DNA from: Octopus bimaculoides
Taxonomy: Eukaryota
Assembly: GCF_001194135.2 (NCBI RefSeq)
Contig: NC_068988.1
Span: forward strand, 41,314,626-41,377,373
DNA length: 62,748 nt
Direction of reading: 5' to 3'
Position numbers and translations under genes: made by a program. The notes under the pieces are model-generated. The model ran no database searches, had not been told where the DNA came from, and was given only the letters and a program-made list of their open reading frames with translations. This document shows, piece after piece, positions 37,301 to 49,665 of the stretch; position 1 is the stretch's first letter; every line of letters starts with the position of its first letter.

Positions 37301-39079
37301 ATAAAAATTTATGTAAGTATATTAAGTATATGATTTAACTTATAAAACAAAGTTCAACAAATTCAATCATATTTTTCATAACTGGAGGAGATTAGATGTT
37401 AGTATGGAATGAAATTATTTTTATTTATGTAGCTATACGATTGTTCCATACAGAAAGACAATAAATTCATTTTAAGAATCTGGGTTGTTAAAAAGTATTC
37501 GTCAGTGGCAAAAATTAAGGAAAGGGGGGGGAAAAAGCTAAGAAGACATTAGAATTACATAGGTATGCCGTTTGTAAGGTGTAATTGTTCTTAGAGACTG
37601 AAGGCTCTTATGATATCCTCTATATATATAAATATTTACTATCTTATAAAATTTTATAATTTATATTATATATCATTTTAGCAACTAGGTTTTATAACTA
37701 TTTTTATTTATTTATCAAAAATGTTTACAATATTTAAAACAATTTTTAAGTATTAATATTCTTATATATTATTATAATGTATATAGTTTTTTTTGTAATG
37801 TAACAATGTATGTTTGTATGTATGTAAACCCACATGGCTATTATACATTCAGGCCTGTATATATAAACATTATTTACGAACATTTGTATACATTAATCAT
37901 AGTATTCCATGTATAAATGTATCTCTGTAATTGTCGTGTATGGGGTATATATATATATATATATATATACATATACACACACACACACACATTATTGTAT
38001 GTATAGGTGTCTGTGTTTTTTCGTTTATATACATATATCCTTGTACTGATATGTACATGCATTAACTCTGAAGGATAAAGCTATGTATGACAACTTTTTG
38101 TATGAGCACATCCATCTCCATATGATGTAAATGTTCTTAATTTAAATTTTTTCTTTATTGCATCTGTATATATAAAAGGCAGGATGTGTGTGTGTGTGTG
38201 TGTACGTGAATGTAGTTTATGCACGTCCACAAATTAGCACGCATGTCACTCCAATTTTAGGAGGACATTCGTCATGACCCTATCTGCATTTTCGTTAACT
38301 TTTTCTCTCAGAGGCACCCGCATATTGCTGTAAAAATCGATTCTCAACCATAACTTTTACCAATTTTGAAGTTTGCTAACATGGCGAAGTCAAAGTGTGA
38401 GTATGCGCGTGAAGGAGAGAGACAAATTGTGTTGATGTATGTGTGAGAGTTAGAGATTGTTTGCCAGCGTCTAACAAAAACAAGGTAAAGAAAAAGTGGG
38501 AGAGGGAGACAGAAAGTGTCTAACGAAAGAAAAGGAAGATAGAGTGTCAGCGTTCATCAAAAATGAAAATGTAAAATGCTTTTTTTTCTTCTTAAACATG
38601 AGATATAGGTTCAAATATAAGATGTTTTTGAAAGACACTATATTTTATAATGAGATTATATATACTTTCTCACACAACAATTAAAATACATTAAATAGAC
38701 ATGACTCTAAGAACAATTACACATTACAAACACGATATCCATGTAATTCTGTCTTTTTAGCTTTTTTTTCCCCCCTTTCCTTAATTTTTGTTACTGACAA
38801 ATACTTTTTGACAACCCAGATTCTTAGAATGAATTTGTCTTCCTGTATGAAACGATTGTATAACTACATGAATAAAAATAATTTCAATCCATCTAATCTC
38901 CTCCAAGTTAAATCATATACTTAATATACGTCATAAGTTTTCATATCTACGCTAATTTACACCAGTAAATTAAAGTATGAAGAAACAACATTAGAAATCT
39001 TTTGGAAACTACTCCAATTAAAGGACGAATTCACATTCAACCCTTTAAAATAATATATCTACGGATATATGTATAAACT

Positions 39080-39143
<64 letters not shown>

Positions 39144-42100
39144 TATGACAGGTTTCTTTCAGTTTCCATTTACCAAATCCACTCACAAGGATTTGGTTGA
39201 CCCAAGGCTATGGTAGAAGACACTTGCCCAAGGTGCATGGAGTGGGACTGAACCCATAACCATGTGGTTGGAAAGCAAGCTTCTTACCACACAGCCACCT
39301 CCTGTGCCTACGTCAACTTTTGTTTAATATAATGTGCATACTTGACTTATACATTAAGGGTAGTGTTACTAAATAAAATGAGCAGGCTAGTGTTTATTAA
39401 AAAGAGACTTCCATTCACGTGACATTGTTCTGAATACATTCAGGACAGAAGCCAACACATCAATTGTTGCTATTTATACATGTCATTGTATTTAACAGGT
39501 TCTGTATTTGAAAACAGAATTCCCAATTCAGGTCACTGCTAACTCTGTATTTAGATTCTTTTTAAGTTTGTACACATTCATTGGTTTTGTAGTTGAGTCT
39601 CAACTCAGTCCTAATCAGGCAAACTTAACGGCTAAAAGAAACTTGTTTACCTGTAAAACACCCACAACATACACAATCTTTGTTTTGTCTTGTACTGTCT
39701 ATAATGTTTTTAATGTAAACCCTTTGTAACCAATAAAAAAAGAATCATTATTGTTATTATTATTATCATTATTATTATTAGAAATTGTGTTGCATTGTCT
39801 ACTAATATCTAGCATTCTTCAAATTGGTAGGGTTTGGTTTGAGGATTAAATCAAGAAGGGATTTTCAAAGACCTGTTTGCTTGAATGAGTGTTTATTCAG
39901 TTTATCATCATCATTTTTGATCAACATCATTTTCACTTTCCTTCCTCTCTCATTCTGTACCCCTATTCAACTATGAAAGAGAGATATATCTCTGAATGAG
40001 GACTTGAATTGCTATAACTCATCCCAGTTTGGTAAGCGGATGTACAACGAAACTGACAATGATAATAGTGACAGAGAAGTATCAAGCTAAAAGGTTTTTC
40101 AAAACATGCATATCTTACAGATAGAAATCAAAAGTGAGTGAAAGACCAAAGATGTTCAACAGCACTTTTATATTTGCATCTGGAGAATGAGGCACTAACC
40201 ATGATACTTACAGGCTCCACAAGACAAGTGAGCTTGAAGCTCTTAATGTTATATTTAAATAGTTGCAGGTCCACACTTGTAAGGAAGACTGGACTGGTTA
40301 GTGCAAGGCTGAAGGTGTGGATACACCAAAAGTGATGAGAGGTGGAAAGACAAATGGATCAGGGGTAACTGAGTGGTGGAGTTACAAGCCCACCCAGCTC
40401 TGAAGAAAAGGGACCATTACAGTAGTGACAAGAAAAAAAAAAAACCCCAAAATACTATGAGACAGTACACCAGCGGGTCAAAAGTTGGAATATGTCTGTT
40501 AATGAGTGAATGCCAATTAGCCAAGTGGTCTTTTCTGAATGCAGTGGAAGATGTTTGTGTGCTTAGCAGCACCATCGCAAATGTGGGGGCAGCACTCCAT
40601 TGTGATCCCCACTTGAGCCTTGTAGGTGCATGGCTTAGTGGTTGAAGAGTTGGAATCATGATCGTAAGATTGTGGTTTTGATTCCTGGACGGAGGAATGC
40701 ATTGTGTTATTGAGAAAAACATTTCATTTCAAATTGCTCCAGTCTACTCAAACAGCAAAACTGAGTAATCCTGTGAGAGACTGGCATCCCAACCACGGGG
40801 AAATATACACACCATGGAAACCAGCACTATGTGAGTCTGTATGATTCAGGAAGGAACTTGTAGAATGGCAGTAGTTGCTGGGGGCTGAAATATTTTCAGA
40901 CCCTAATTGGATGTTATTTCATATTTCAGTAGTTACAGAAGCAGAAGTAAATTTTTAAGAAATATACATTTTTGTAGCTGCATATAAACAGAAATTTAAA
41001 TTTTGTCATATCTGTTTTTGTTTCACAATCATTTTGATGCATCTATTAAATAAGAAACAATTGTTAAAATCATAAGAACCCCACAACTTTAATTTCTTAA
41101 AGCAAAATATCTTTTAATCATTTCACGATATTATTACCTTCATCTGGTGATGGTGTAATATTGCAGAGAACAATAGAATAATGGGTCAAATGCCTACTAT
41201 ATTTAGTTATACTCCCATAACAGTTGAATTTGACACCACGTTTGACATGGAAATCACGAGCTAATCATGCATGCAAACCCCATTTCAGTCCAATCAACAC
41301 TATTTGTTCACATGATAGTCTAGTGGCATGACTAAGATGTTCTGTGAACAGAGACTTCAAATACAGCTCATTTTAGCACAAAAAGAGCAGAGGGAATTCA
41401 GTCTTTGGTGGAGTTTGCTTTCAACTCATTGCTCTTCTCAAAGCTACATATTTAACATGGCACAGTAGATAGACAAACATAGTAACAAGAATATTTATTG
41501 ATATGCAAAAATCAGTTTAAATGTGAATTTCTGATGAAGATCTTCTTCACCTGTAATATACGTCATTTTATATAAAATTTACTCTTCTTGTATTGCATGA
41601 ACAGCTGTATTAATGTAGCAATAAATGATGTCTATAAACTTACAAGCCTTTATTCATGACCTTGCTACACCCCTTTACATTGTGAGTTCAAATCCTTGCC
41701 TTTCATTGTTGTGGAGCCACTAAAATTAGTACTAATTAAATATTGCTATCCATACATTCAACTGTTTCTCCTCCCCAAAATGTGTGGTCTAAATTAGAAA
41801 TCCTTTTTGTTAAATCCCACTGGAACCGAATTTGCCTTTTATCTTCCAGGATCAATAAAACAAACAGCAGTTAAATAGTGGTTTAATTAAATCAACAGAC
41901 CGTTCCTCAAAAACTGCAGTCTTAATAAAACATAGGTAAGGCTGTGTTGTGGTTTTGCAGTGTCAGTGCCAGTTTGCAGTACCTTGGACAAGTGTTTTGT
42001 GCTATGGTACCAGGTTGACCAATGCTTTGGGAGTGAATTTGGTAGACTTAATTTGTGTAGAAACAAGTCACGTGTATATGTGTGTGCGTGCACTTGTCTT

Positions 42101-42983
42101 AATGTTTGTCCTCCCCAGCCGCACTGCTAAAAAAAAAAAAAGAAAAACTGGTGCTGGTTTGTTTATGTCCTCGTAATTTAGGCGTGAAACAAAAGACCGA
42201 CAGAATATGTAACAGACTTAAAATGAAAGGTTAATGTTTACAAGTAAAACGCCACACAAAAATCAACCTTTTATTTATTTTAAAGAACTTTTTCAGCAGA
42301 TTCTATTTTCATAGAATTTTTATCAATACCTTTCCATAAATGTTTGCCTTGTGTACTCCACCCCCACCCCATACACACACATACCTGCATGTAGATACGC
42401 ANNNNNNNNNNNNNNNNNNNNNNNNNNNNNNNNNNNNNNNNNNNNNNNNNNNNNNNNNNNNNNNNNNNNNNNNNNNNNNNNNNNNNNNNNNNNNNNNNNN
42501 NNNNNNNNNNNNNNNNNNNNNNNNNNNNNNNNNNNNNNNNNNNNNNNNNNNNNNNNNNNNNNNNNNNNNNNNNNNNNNNNNNNNNNNNNNNNNNNNNNNN
42601 NNNNNNNNNNNNNNNNNNNNNNNNNNNNNNNNNNNNNNNNNNNNNNNNNNNNNNNNNNNNNNNNNNNNNNNNNNNNNNNNNNNNNNNNNNNNNNNNNNNN
42701 NNNNNNNNNNNNNNNNNNNNNNNNNNNNNNNNNNNNNNNNNNNNNNNNNNNNNNNNNNNNNNNNNNNNNNNNNNNNNNNNNNNNNNNNNNNNNNNNNNNN
42801 NNNNNNNNNNNNNNNNNNNNNNNNNNNNNNNNNNNNNNNNNNNNNNNNNNNNNNNNNNNNNNNNNNNNNNNNNNNNNNNNNNNNNNNNNNNNNNNNNNNN
42901 NNNNNNNNNNNNNNNNNNNNNNNNNNNNNNNNNNNNNNNNNNNNNNNNNNNNNNNNNNNNNNNNNNNNNNNNNNNNNNNNNNN

Positions 42984-43018
<35 letters not shown>

Positions 43019-46000
43019 TACTCGAAAGTTCGCGCGTCCGCGCTAGCTAGTCGTGAGTAGAAAACACAAATTTAATATAAAAACGTATTTCCTGAAATTG
43101 CAAATTATTTAAAATATAAAAATATAATTTTCAACAGAGAGAATTTATCAAAATAGAAAACAAATGAAGTTTGAAGTTTAAAAATAATAGGATCGACCAC
43201 TCACGACTAGCTAGCGCGGACGCGAGTACCCTTATACTCTGTGTTTTCAAACGCATGGATATAGGTGTCAAATTTGTTCCAATAACTTTCGAGTAATAGA
43301 TAGATAGCTAGAGAGAGAGACAGACATATAGCTCGCTCCGGCCAGTCATGGTAGTAGCTGTCAGTAGTCAAAGAATCGACAGGCCAGCAACAGGCATGCA
43401 GGCAGACAGACAGATACTTCACTAGCAGTGAGCACTTTCACTTCTGACAGCTAATAGCATGATAGTGCCACCAAATGAAATAATTATTGGGGTAGATTTG
43501 TTTGACTAACTTTACATGGCAGCGCCTCAGCATGACTACAGCACAGTGAGTGAAATAATAAAATAAAAAAAAACGAATAAATGAGGTTGGGAGAAGATTT
43601 GAGGGGAAGTAATTGCAGTTAAATCATTTTTCAAAACTACTAAACATCGGGTTCTTTATGTAGAAAAGATTAGCAGAAACTATTTGGGGTACTTTTGGTT
43701 ATCTCACCCAAGAATTTTATCTATGACATATGTGCAGTTGTTTCACTTTTTTCAGGAAAATGTTTTAAAAAAGTTACAGAGGTTTAAAGTTTGATAATTT
43801 TCATCCAATCAGGAAACACGATTTGGAAGCTGTGATTTTGTGCGTGACACAGCACGTCTTGTCAACTGTAAACAAAGAAAATAAACTGGGTGGTTGGGGG
43901 GTTGGTTGGGGATGGCGGGAGGTAATTGAAATTTAAAGAATTTTTTTTTTTTTTGTTAAATCGTAATCTTCCATATCGAAAACATATGAAACTGAAAAAA
44001 AATTATTTTTTAAATTACTGGTTCAAACATTATAGAGTGGGGGTAATTCTGAGGACCCATTTTTCCATCAATAGCATTACCACATATAGTGAGGCCACAT
44101 GGTGTATTACGATTTTCGCAAGAGTACAAATTCATAATTAGTCGACGCCGTGCCAACCACTGAAGAATCTTGTCTCGTGATTCGGCTAATAGAGTGAAAT
44201 TTCAAAACTGACTCAGGGTCGAGGACTTCAAGTTCAGGAACAATGAATATCAGTGTCGCTGGTCTCCTACATGCCATTTCGACCGATTCGAAAGTAAAAC
44301 TGATTTCGGTGTAAATAAACAAACGAGAATCTATTATCTCCCCGAGTTGTTATTTCCCCTTTCAATTTTAAACCCTCTAAACTGAAAGATTACGAACTAT
44401 TTTTTTTTAAACACAATCTGTAAATAAATTCAGTTCAAAGTGTACTAATTAGAAATATAGTAACAAACTTGGCAAAATGATTGTCAATATACCACACATT
44501 TTTATTTCCGTGCTAATAAAGTTTATTATAAAGACAAAACAACTTGTTTTAAATCTCTGAGTGACTGTTACAGTTTATTATATTTAGTACACCCAAAACC
44601 TGACTGAATATTGATTGTAAACTTGATTTTAAATAGATTCTAACAAGTCAGTGATTATCCACTGATTCGTATAGGAAACCTTTATGTTGAGTAAATGAAT
44701 ACAAAATCGATGATGAGGATTTCTAACCAAATACACGTTTCCTTGATAAATATTGTCATTGTTGAAGGTAAAAACGGTAAAATTGTCTGTTTCTTTTTTT
44801 TTTTTTTCTAGAAGATTCATTTAAATCAATGTATTATCGAAATGTGAGACGTTCTGATAAATCGACCGACCTACGACGAANNNNNNNNNNNNNNNNNNNN
44901 NNNNNNNNNNNNNNNNNNNNNNNNNNNNNNNNNNNNNNNNNNNNNNNNNNNNNNNNNNNNNNNNNNNNNNNNNNNNNNNNNNNNNNNNNNNNNNNNNNNN
45001 NNNNNNNNNNNNNNNNNNNNNNNNNNNNNNNNNNNNNNNNNNNNNNNNNNNNNNNNNNNNNNNNNNNNNNNNNNNNNNNNNNNNNNNNNNNNNNNNNNNN
45101 NNNNNNNNNNNNNNNNNNNNNNNNNNNNNNNNNNNNNNNNNNNNNNNNNNNNNNNNNNNNNNNNNNNNNNNNNNNNNNNNNNNNNNNNNNNNNNNNNNNN
45201 NNNNNNNNNNNNNNNNNNNNNNNNNNNNNNNNNNNNNNNNNNNNNNNNNNNNNNNNNNNNNNNNNNNNNNNNNNNNNNNNNNNNNNNNNNNNNNNNNNNN
45301 NNNNNNNNNNNNNNNNNNNNNNNNNNNNNNNNNNNNNNNNNNNNNNNNNNNNNNNNNNNNNNNNNNNNNNNNNNNNNNNNNNNNNNNNNNNNNNNNNNNN
45401 NNNNNNNNNNNNNNNNNNNNNNNNNNNNNNNNNNNNNNNNNNNNNNNNNNNNNNNNNNNNNNNNNNNNNNNNNNNNGAAATTGAAATTTTTGAAAATCTT
45501 TTTTCAGAATCGGAATCTCCATAGCCTAAAACGTGGGATTCCGTAAAAAAAAAAAAATAAAACAAGGGGGGAAAGGTTCAGATTACATATAGTCCATCTG
45601 GACCGTTTTGTCATTGTTAGATATAGCAGGTGAGAGGCCATGAAGGTGCTTGGCTGGTCCACCGACACTGCTTCTGTTATGACCCGCACTAAAATCCCGA
45701 GTACTTGAGGTTACCCAGACATTTTTTAACGGGTAAAACCAGTATTCCTTATTGTAGTCTGCAATTGTGTGTATACACCTTTTTAACCCACCTTTTTTTT
45801 TCTAACGTTATTGCTAAACTACTTCCCTGAAATACAATTAAGTTAAAAGTAAATATAATTTTTGAATAATTAAAGCAATGTATATACCAGCACAATCGCT
45901 AACAATACACAGGAATTGATATATATTCAAAACAATAATAATAATAAAAAAGGATTATAAAGTTGCCAAACTATTGACATGGAACCAACGAGAAATAACC

Positions 46001-48200
46001 GAATGCACCAGAAACAGGCTACAAATAAATCCCTCACAGGAAACAAAAACGCGAATAGCAAATCTTGATAAAGTTTACGACGAGTTTTAGAAAAACTATT
46101 ACCACTTCAAGAATGAAGGAAAAAAGCAAACAATTTATAAGCAAAAATGTAAAATTTTGAAATCGTGGAGGAAAAAATTCCTTTTAGAATCGTAACTTAC
46201 CACAACAAATATATTTATAATGATGCAATATTTTTTTATTTTCTTATATAACATGAACATGTACATCTTTTAGAACATTGTCAGTTTATAAGATTTTGCT
46301 GGCAAATTTTTTAATTAACATAAACATTTATTTATTGGGTTGGTGCATAATTATTGCGGCTTTTTTTCAACAAATTTTATTTAAAAACAATAACATGTCA
46401 CAAAAACATCTTTAAACGATTATTCCGGAGTATATTCACCATCTATTTCAATTACTGCTTCTCATTTGCTAGGCAGACGGTCAGACCGTCATTTAAATAT
46501 GTTTTTGTTGAATAAAATGTGTTGAAAAAAAAAAAAAAAAAGCCGCAATAATTATGCACCAACCCAATACATGAAAAAAATTACCGGAGAACTTTTATCT
46601 AATTCTTCCAAATCTTTCTCTTAAAACTGTATTGACACCATTTGTGGGGATTTTTTTTTTTTATCACAGCAACTGGTCGCGCACCACAAAGTTTATTGGA
46701 ACCTACTGAAGCAAGCTAGCAAGCTCGCAGTATTACCACGGTCGATGGCGACGCTAAGGCGTTGAGAAAGCCAAGCGCCCTCACGGCTATCACCTGACAC
46801 CTCGGTGAGGCGAGCTGCCAACATTAACAAGCACTTCGCAGCTAGTGGCCCAGTCCCTCCGAACGTCTCAAACCCTATACGTTGGAAGAGATAGTTTACT
46901 GTCAGGTTCCGATACTTTAGGGTTTTCTTCCGTTCGGCTACAAAAGCAGTGACCCTCACATTAACTGCAGTATCCAGGATATGGGCGGGAGCAAAGGAAT
47001 CGCAAACTGTGGCGTCCCAAATGAGGTACCTACCTCTAACCCAGGGACAGAGGGTAAGACCATCTGGTCTCTTTCCATTACTTCTGGATAACCCCGACGG
47101 CTCCAGAACTGAGGAGATATTAATCCGAGCCAGGGTCCGCTTAATAATTAGGTTTAGCTCGGTGTGACGAGTGAAGCGACCAGCATTTTGTCCGGCGGGC
47201 TAACGATTTTTCCAGCTTGCCGCTTTTATATTTAAAATACTATTTGTTAGAATAGGAATTACATTTCGGAAATACCCGAAATCAAATGATTTGATTGTGT
47301 CGAGTTATATCGAAGGAATGCCTCCCCCCACTAAAAATTTCATTTTCTAGAAATTTGTGCCTTTTCTTTCTCATTAGGCAGTGACAGCTATCGCAAAACT
47401 TCACTTTAATTAGGTGAAGTATTAGAAATAACACATCATATACTGTGATACAACACTAACTTTCTGGGTATTAATTGTCTGGAACCTCTTATAATCCGCA
47501 CCAATTTACAAGCAGGGACTTCAAATTCCTGCGGCTACCTAATTAGTTTACTGTTACCTTGCACAGTACCATATTAATAAACTTGTATCATTTATATTAA
47601 AGTGGTGGTTCCTTTGTTTAACTTACAATGTGCTGACCAAGGTGACTACCCTTAGTTTAGAAAAAGTAGAAATCCGGAAAAGCCTTGGAGCCAAAGTTTC
47701 AGGAAAACCGATGTTGTATCTGTACTAAAATGCAGACCTATATATGTATAGATAACACTACCGACATTAGTTTTGTTTGGGCTTATAAAAAGTATTTTAA
47801 AAAACGTCACGTAACGCGTGACCTTCTTCTCGGCGGTTAAGGAAGTCATAGAGATTGTTTGAATAATAGACGGAATGGTCACGGTTGGCTTGTCTTCGAT
47901 CATACATCTGCTGGATCGAGATTCATTTGGTACCTAACGGCAACGGTAAACAAATCGGTGGTACAACAAAACTAAAGCTCTTAAAAGCACGAGTACTTAA
48001 CGAAAACATCAAGTCTGCGTAAGCACATGAAAGGCAAGCGCATTTAATTGGTCGCTTATTATTTTTTTGAATTACTTTTCTTTATATTTTTCGAGTAAAA
48101 AATTACTGGGCATATATTAGAGCTGTTGGTTAATAACTATTTGGATTCGAATAAATGTATGCGTATGAAGTAGGAGACTTACCACAGCTACTTGAACCAT
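28598..48200 (-). CDS. Carbonyl reductase [NADPH] 1-like SDR, copy A, complete, 274 aa
   Basis: Exons 48200-48183, 35811-35730, 34497-34319, 33349-33237, 31371-31243, 30434-30293, 29650-29587, 28695-28598 (825 nt), all GT-AG with consistent phases. Motifs TGSNKGIG, QLDI, LVNNAG, VVNVSS, WPSSAYGVSK (YxxxK), NACCPGYVDTDM, GADTPVYLALLP. CBR1/CBR3 family; one-to-one orthology not determinable, so no symbol. Confidence 0.93.
29587..29650 (-). CDS. CBR copy A exon 7 (CCPGYVDTDMTSHKGHKTIDE)
   Basis: 64 nt, CAG acceptor, GTAAGC donor. Confidence 0.93.
30293..30434 (-). CDS. CBR copy A exon 6 (GWPSSAYGVSK...VVNA)
   Basis: 142 nt, contains YxxxK. Confidence 0.93.
30652..30870. mobile_element. piggyBac-type MITE (second family)
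   Basis: TTAA|CCCTTTC ... GAAAGGG|TTAA. Confidence 0.75.
31243..31371 (-). CDS. CBR copy A exon 5 (RVVNVSSMVS...AQFVT)
   Basis: 129 nt, contains the catalytic Ser. Confidence 0.92.
31790..32660 (+). mobile_element. Decayed RTE LINE fragment
   Basis: Degenerate GIKGRLTEK.DF..RC.G and W.KF.ELL.LL regions; aligns loosely with 33500-34225. Confidence 0.5.
33237..33349 (-). CDS. CBR copy A exon 4 (QASTAPFTEQ...LRPHAR)
   Basis: 113 nt, TAG acceptor, GTATGT donor. Confidence 0.92.
33500..34225 (+). mobile_element. RTE LINE RT fragment in a CBR-A intron (antisense)
   Basis: VHQGSVLS...LFIIVL, ELLYANDL, FHYLGD, GSETxAVTAEDMHRLERNEASML (the last overlaps the 9750 region of the other RTE copy). Confidence 0.8.
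34319..34497 (-). CDS. CBR copy A exon 3 (ARDAGRG...LVNNAGIAYK)
   Basis: 179 nt, in frame. Confidence 0.93.
35730..35811 (-). CDS. CBR copy A exon 2 (VTGSNKGIGYAIVRALC)
   Basis: 82 nt, CAG acceptor, GTAAGT donor. Confidence 0.93.
40350..40620 (-). mobile_element. CR1/L2-like LINE fragment
   Basis: QVGITMECCPHICDGAAKHTNIFHCIQKR. Confidence 0.55.
43007..43307. repeat. Nested perfect inverted repeats
   Basis: 24-bp arm 43007-43030 / 43284-43307 and 26-bp arm 43033-43058 / 43199-43224. Confidence 0.9.
46333..46569. mobile_element. Tc1/mariner-type MITE, 237 bp including TA duplications
   Basis: TA|TTGGGTTGGTGCATAATTATTGCGGCTTTTT ... AAAAAGCCGCAATAATTATGCACCAACCCAA|TA. Confidence 0.9.
46651..47190 (-). 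mobile_element. 5'-truncated non-LTR retrotransposon with restriction-like endonuclease (CRE-like), poly(A) tail
   Basis: Open frame of about 165 codons: NAGRFTRHTELNLIIKR...VLEPSGLSRSNGKRPDGLTLCPW..GRYLIWDATVCD...GFETFGGTGP...GDSREGAWLSQRLSVAIDRGN; TAA at 46695-46693, about 30-nt UTR, A12. Confidence 0.8.
48183..48200 (-). CDS. CBR copy A exon 1 (MVQVAV)
   Basis: ATG GTT CAA GTA GCT GTG followed by GTAAGT; completes the beta-A strand before VTGSNKG in phase 0. Confidence 0.78.
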
Positions 48201-48300
48201 TCTGACAGGTGTGAACGACGTTGTATCAGTGAATGTCGATCTTGTCTAGTCATTGGTTAATATAAACCGTGCTACTGCTGGGTGGCCTCTTTATAACATG
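48201..48300 (-). promoter_or_regulatory. Putative 5'UTR/proximal promoter of CBR copy A
   Basis: Position upstream of the ATG; minus-strand TATAAA at 48295-48290. Motif is short and the DNA AT-rich, so support is weak. Confidence 0.25.
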
Positions 48301-49039
48301 GTCTACTGGTTATGAGGTTTCACCGGTCTTAGTTTTTTTACTTGGTTGCAGGGTATCCTGTGTATGAACTCTCTCTGCGTCCGTATATGAACGTAAAACC
48401 CAAGGTAATCCCATAAACCGGCCTTATCTATCTTTAATATATACTTCTCTATAACTTAGTGTGCTTCTTTTTTTTTTTTTTTGGAGTTATGTTTACGGAC
48501 GATATTTATATATCGTATCTCTTACTTGTTTCAGTCATTTGACTATAGCCATGCTGTAGCACCGCCTTGAAGTGTGTAAGTCAAGTGAATCGACCTTAGT
48601 ACTTATTTTTTAAAGCCTGGCGCTTATAATATGGGGGCTTCTTTTTTTCTTCTTCGTCTAACTGTTAGGTTACAGAGACTTGTTTCAGTCATTTTGACTG
48701 CGGCCATGCTGGAGCACCGCCTTAAAGGGATTTTTAGTGGAGAACATCGACCTCAGGACTTATTCTTTGTAAGCCTAGTACTTATTCCTTCGGTGCCTTC
48801 TGCCTAACCGCTAAGTTACAGGGATGTAAACATACCAACATCGATTGTCAAACGATGGTGGGAGAACCAAGAAAGACGCACATAAATATACATACATATA
48901 TATATATATACGACGGGCTTTTTTCAGCTTCTCCCAGGCTTTGGTCGGCCCGAGGGTCACGCAATGGGACTAAACCCAGAACCTTGTGGCTGGGAAGCAA
49001 TATCCACACAAGTGTGCGCCCACCCCGATTTTGAGTCCT

Positions 49040-49665
49040 CGTAACTCCCAGAAAAATGGATATTTTTAAATGAAATCTTTTATGTATACGCTTCAGATGA
49101 TGTAGATTCCAGTTATATTGGAATGAGTTGTGAAAACATTTTTTTTGTGGTTGGGGAGAGGAATTTCGGAAAATTCACATGAGTCGGCTTTGTTTCCTCA
49201 GAAGCTTAAGAAAAATTGATATTTTTTGGTAAAATTTTTTTTACAAATTTTTACACTGTAATGAGTGTGTAGATTACAATTATATTGGAATTTGATATGA
49301 AAAATAAAAAGTTGGTGGGCTCGCACACATACATATTGACATATATTACATATATCTACAAGATGAAACTTGAAATTTTGAAAAAAATTGTGATGCATGT
49401 CAGTATGTATGTGTGCATGCTCACCATTTTCCTTTTTACATCGAATTCTGATATAATCATAATTTAGACACTCTGAATGGCATTTATGGAAAATTTTGTT
49501 TAAAAACAACAATTTTTCTGAAAATCATGAGGAAACAAAGCTGATTTGTTTGAATTTTCTGAAGCTTCTCAGAAAAAAATTTCACAACAAATTATAATAT
49601 AAATGAAATTTACACTGTCTAAAGTATATTTGTAAAACATTTCATTGAAAAATATCCATTTTATC
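49040..49665. mobile_element. Old foldback/MITE with long diverged inverted arms
   Basis: 49040-49200 aligns to the reverse complement of about 49527-49665 (AAAATGGATATTTTT.AATGAAAT, TTGTGAAA, AAAATTCA...GCTTTGTTTCCTCA); roughly 70% identity by eye. Confidence 0.65.

Noticed and set aside
47652-47910. Nested gene in CBR-A intron 1 (ORF 47652..47903 and an alternative frame ...NNLYDFLNRREEG)
   Set aside because: Short, no convincing splice sites or family match; the CpG richness is explained by proximity to the CBR-A first exon.
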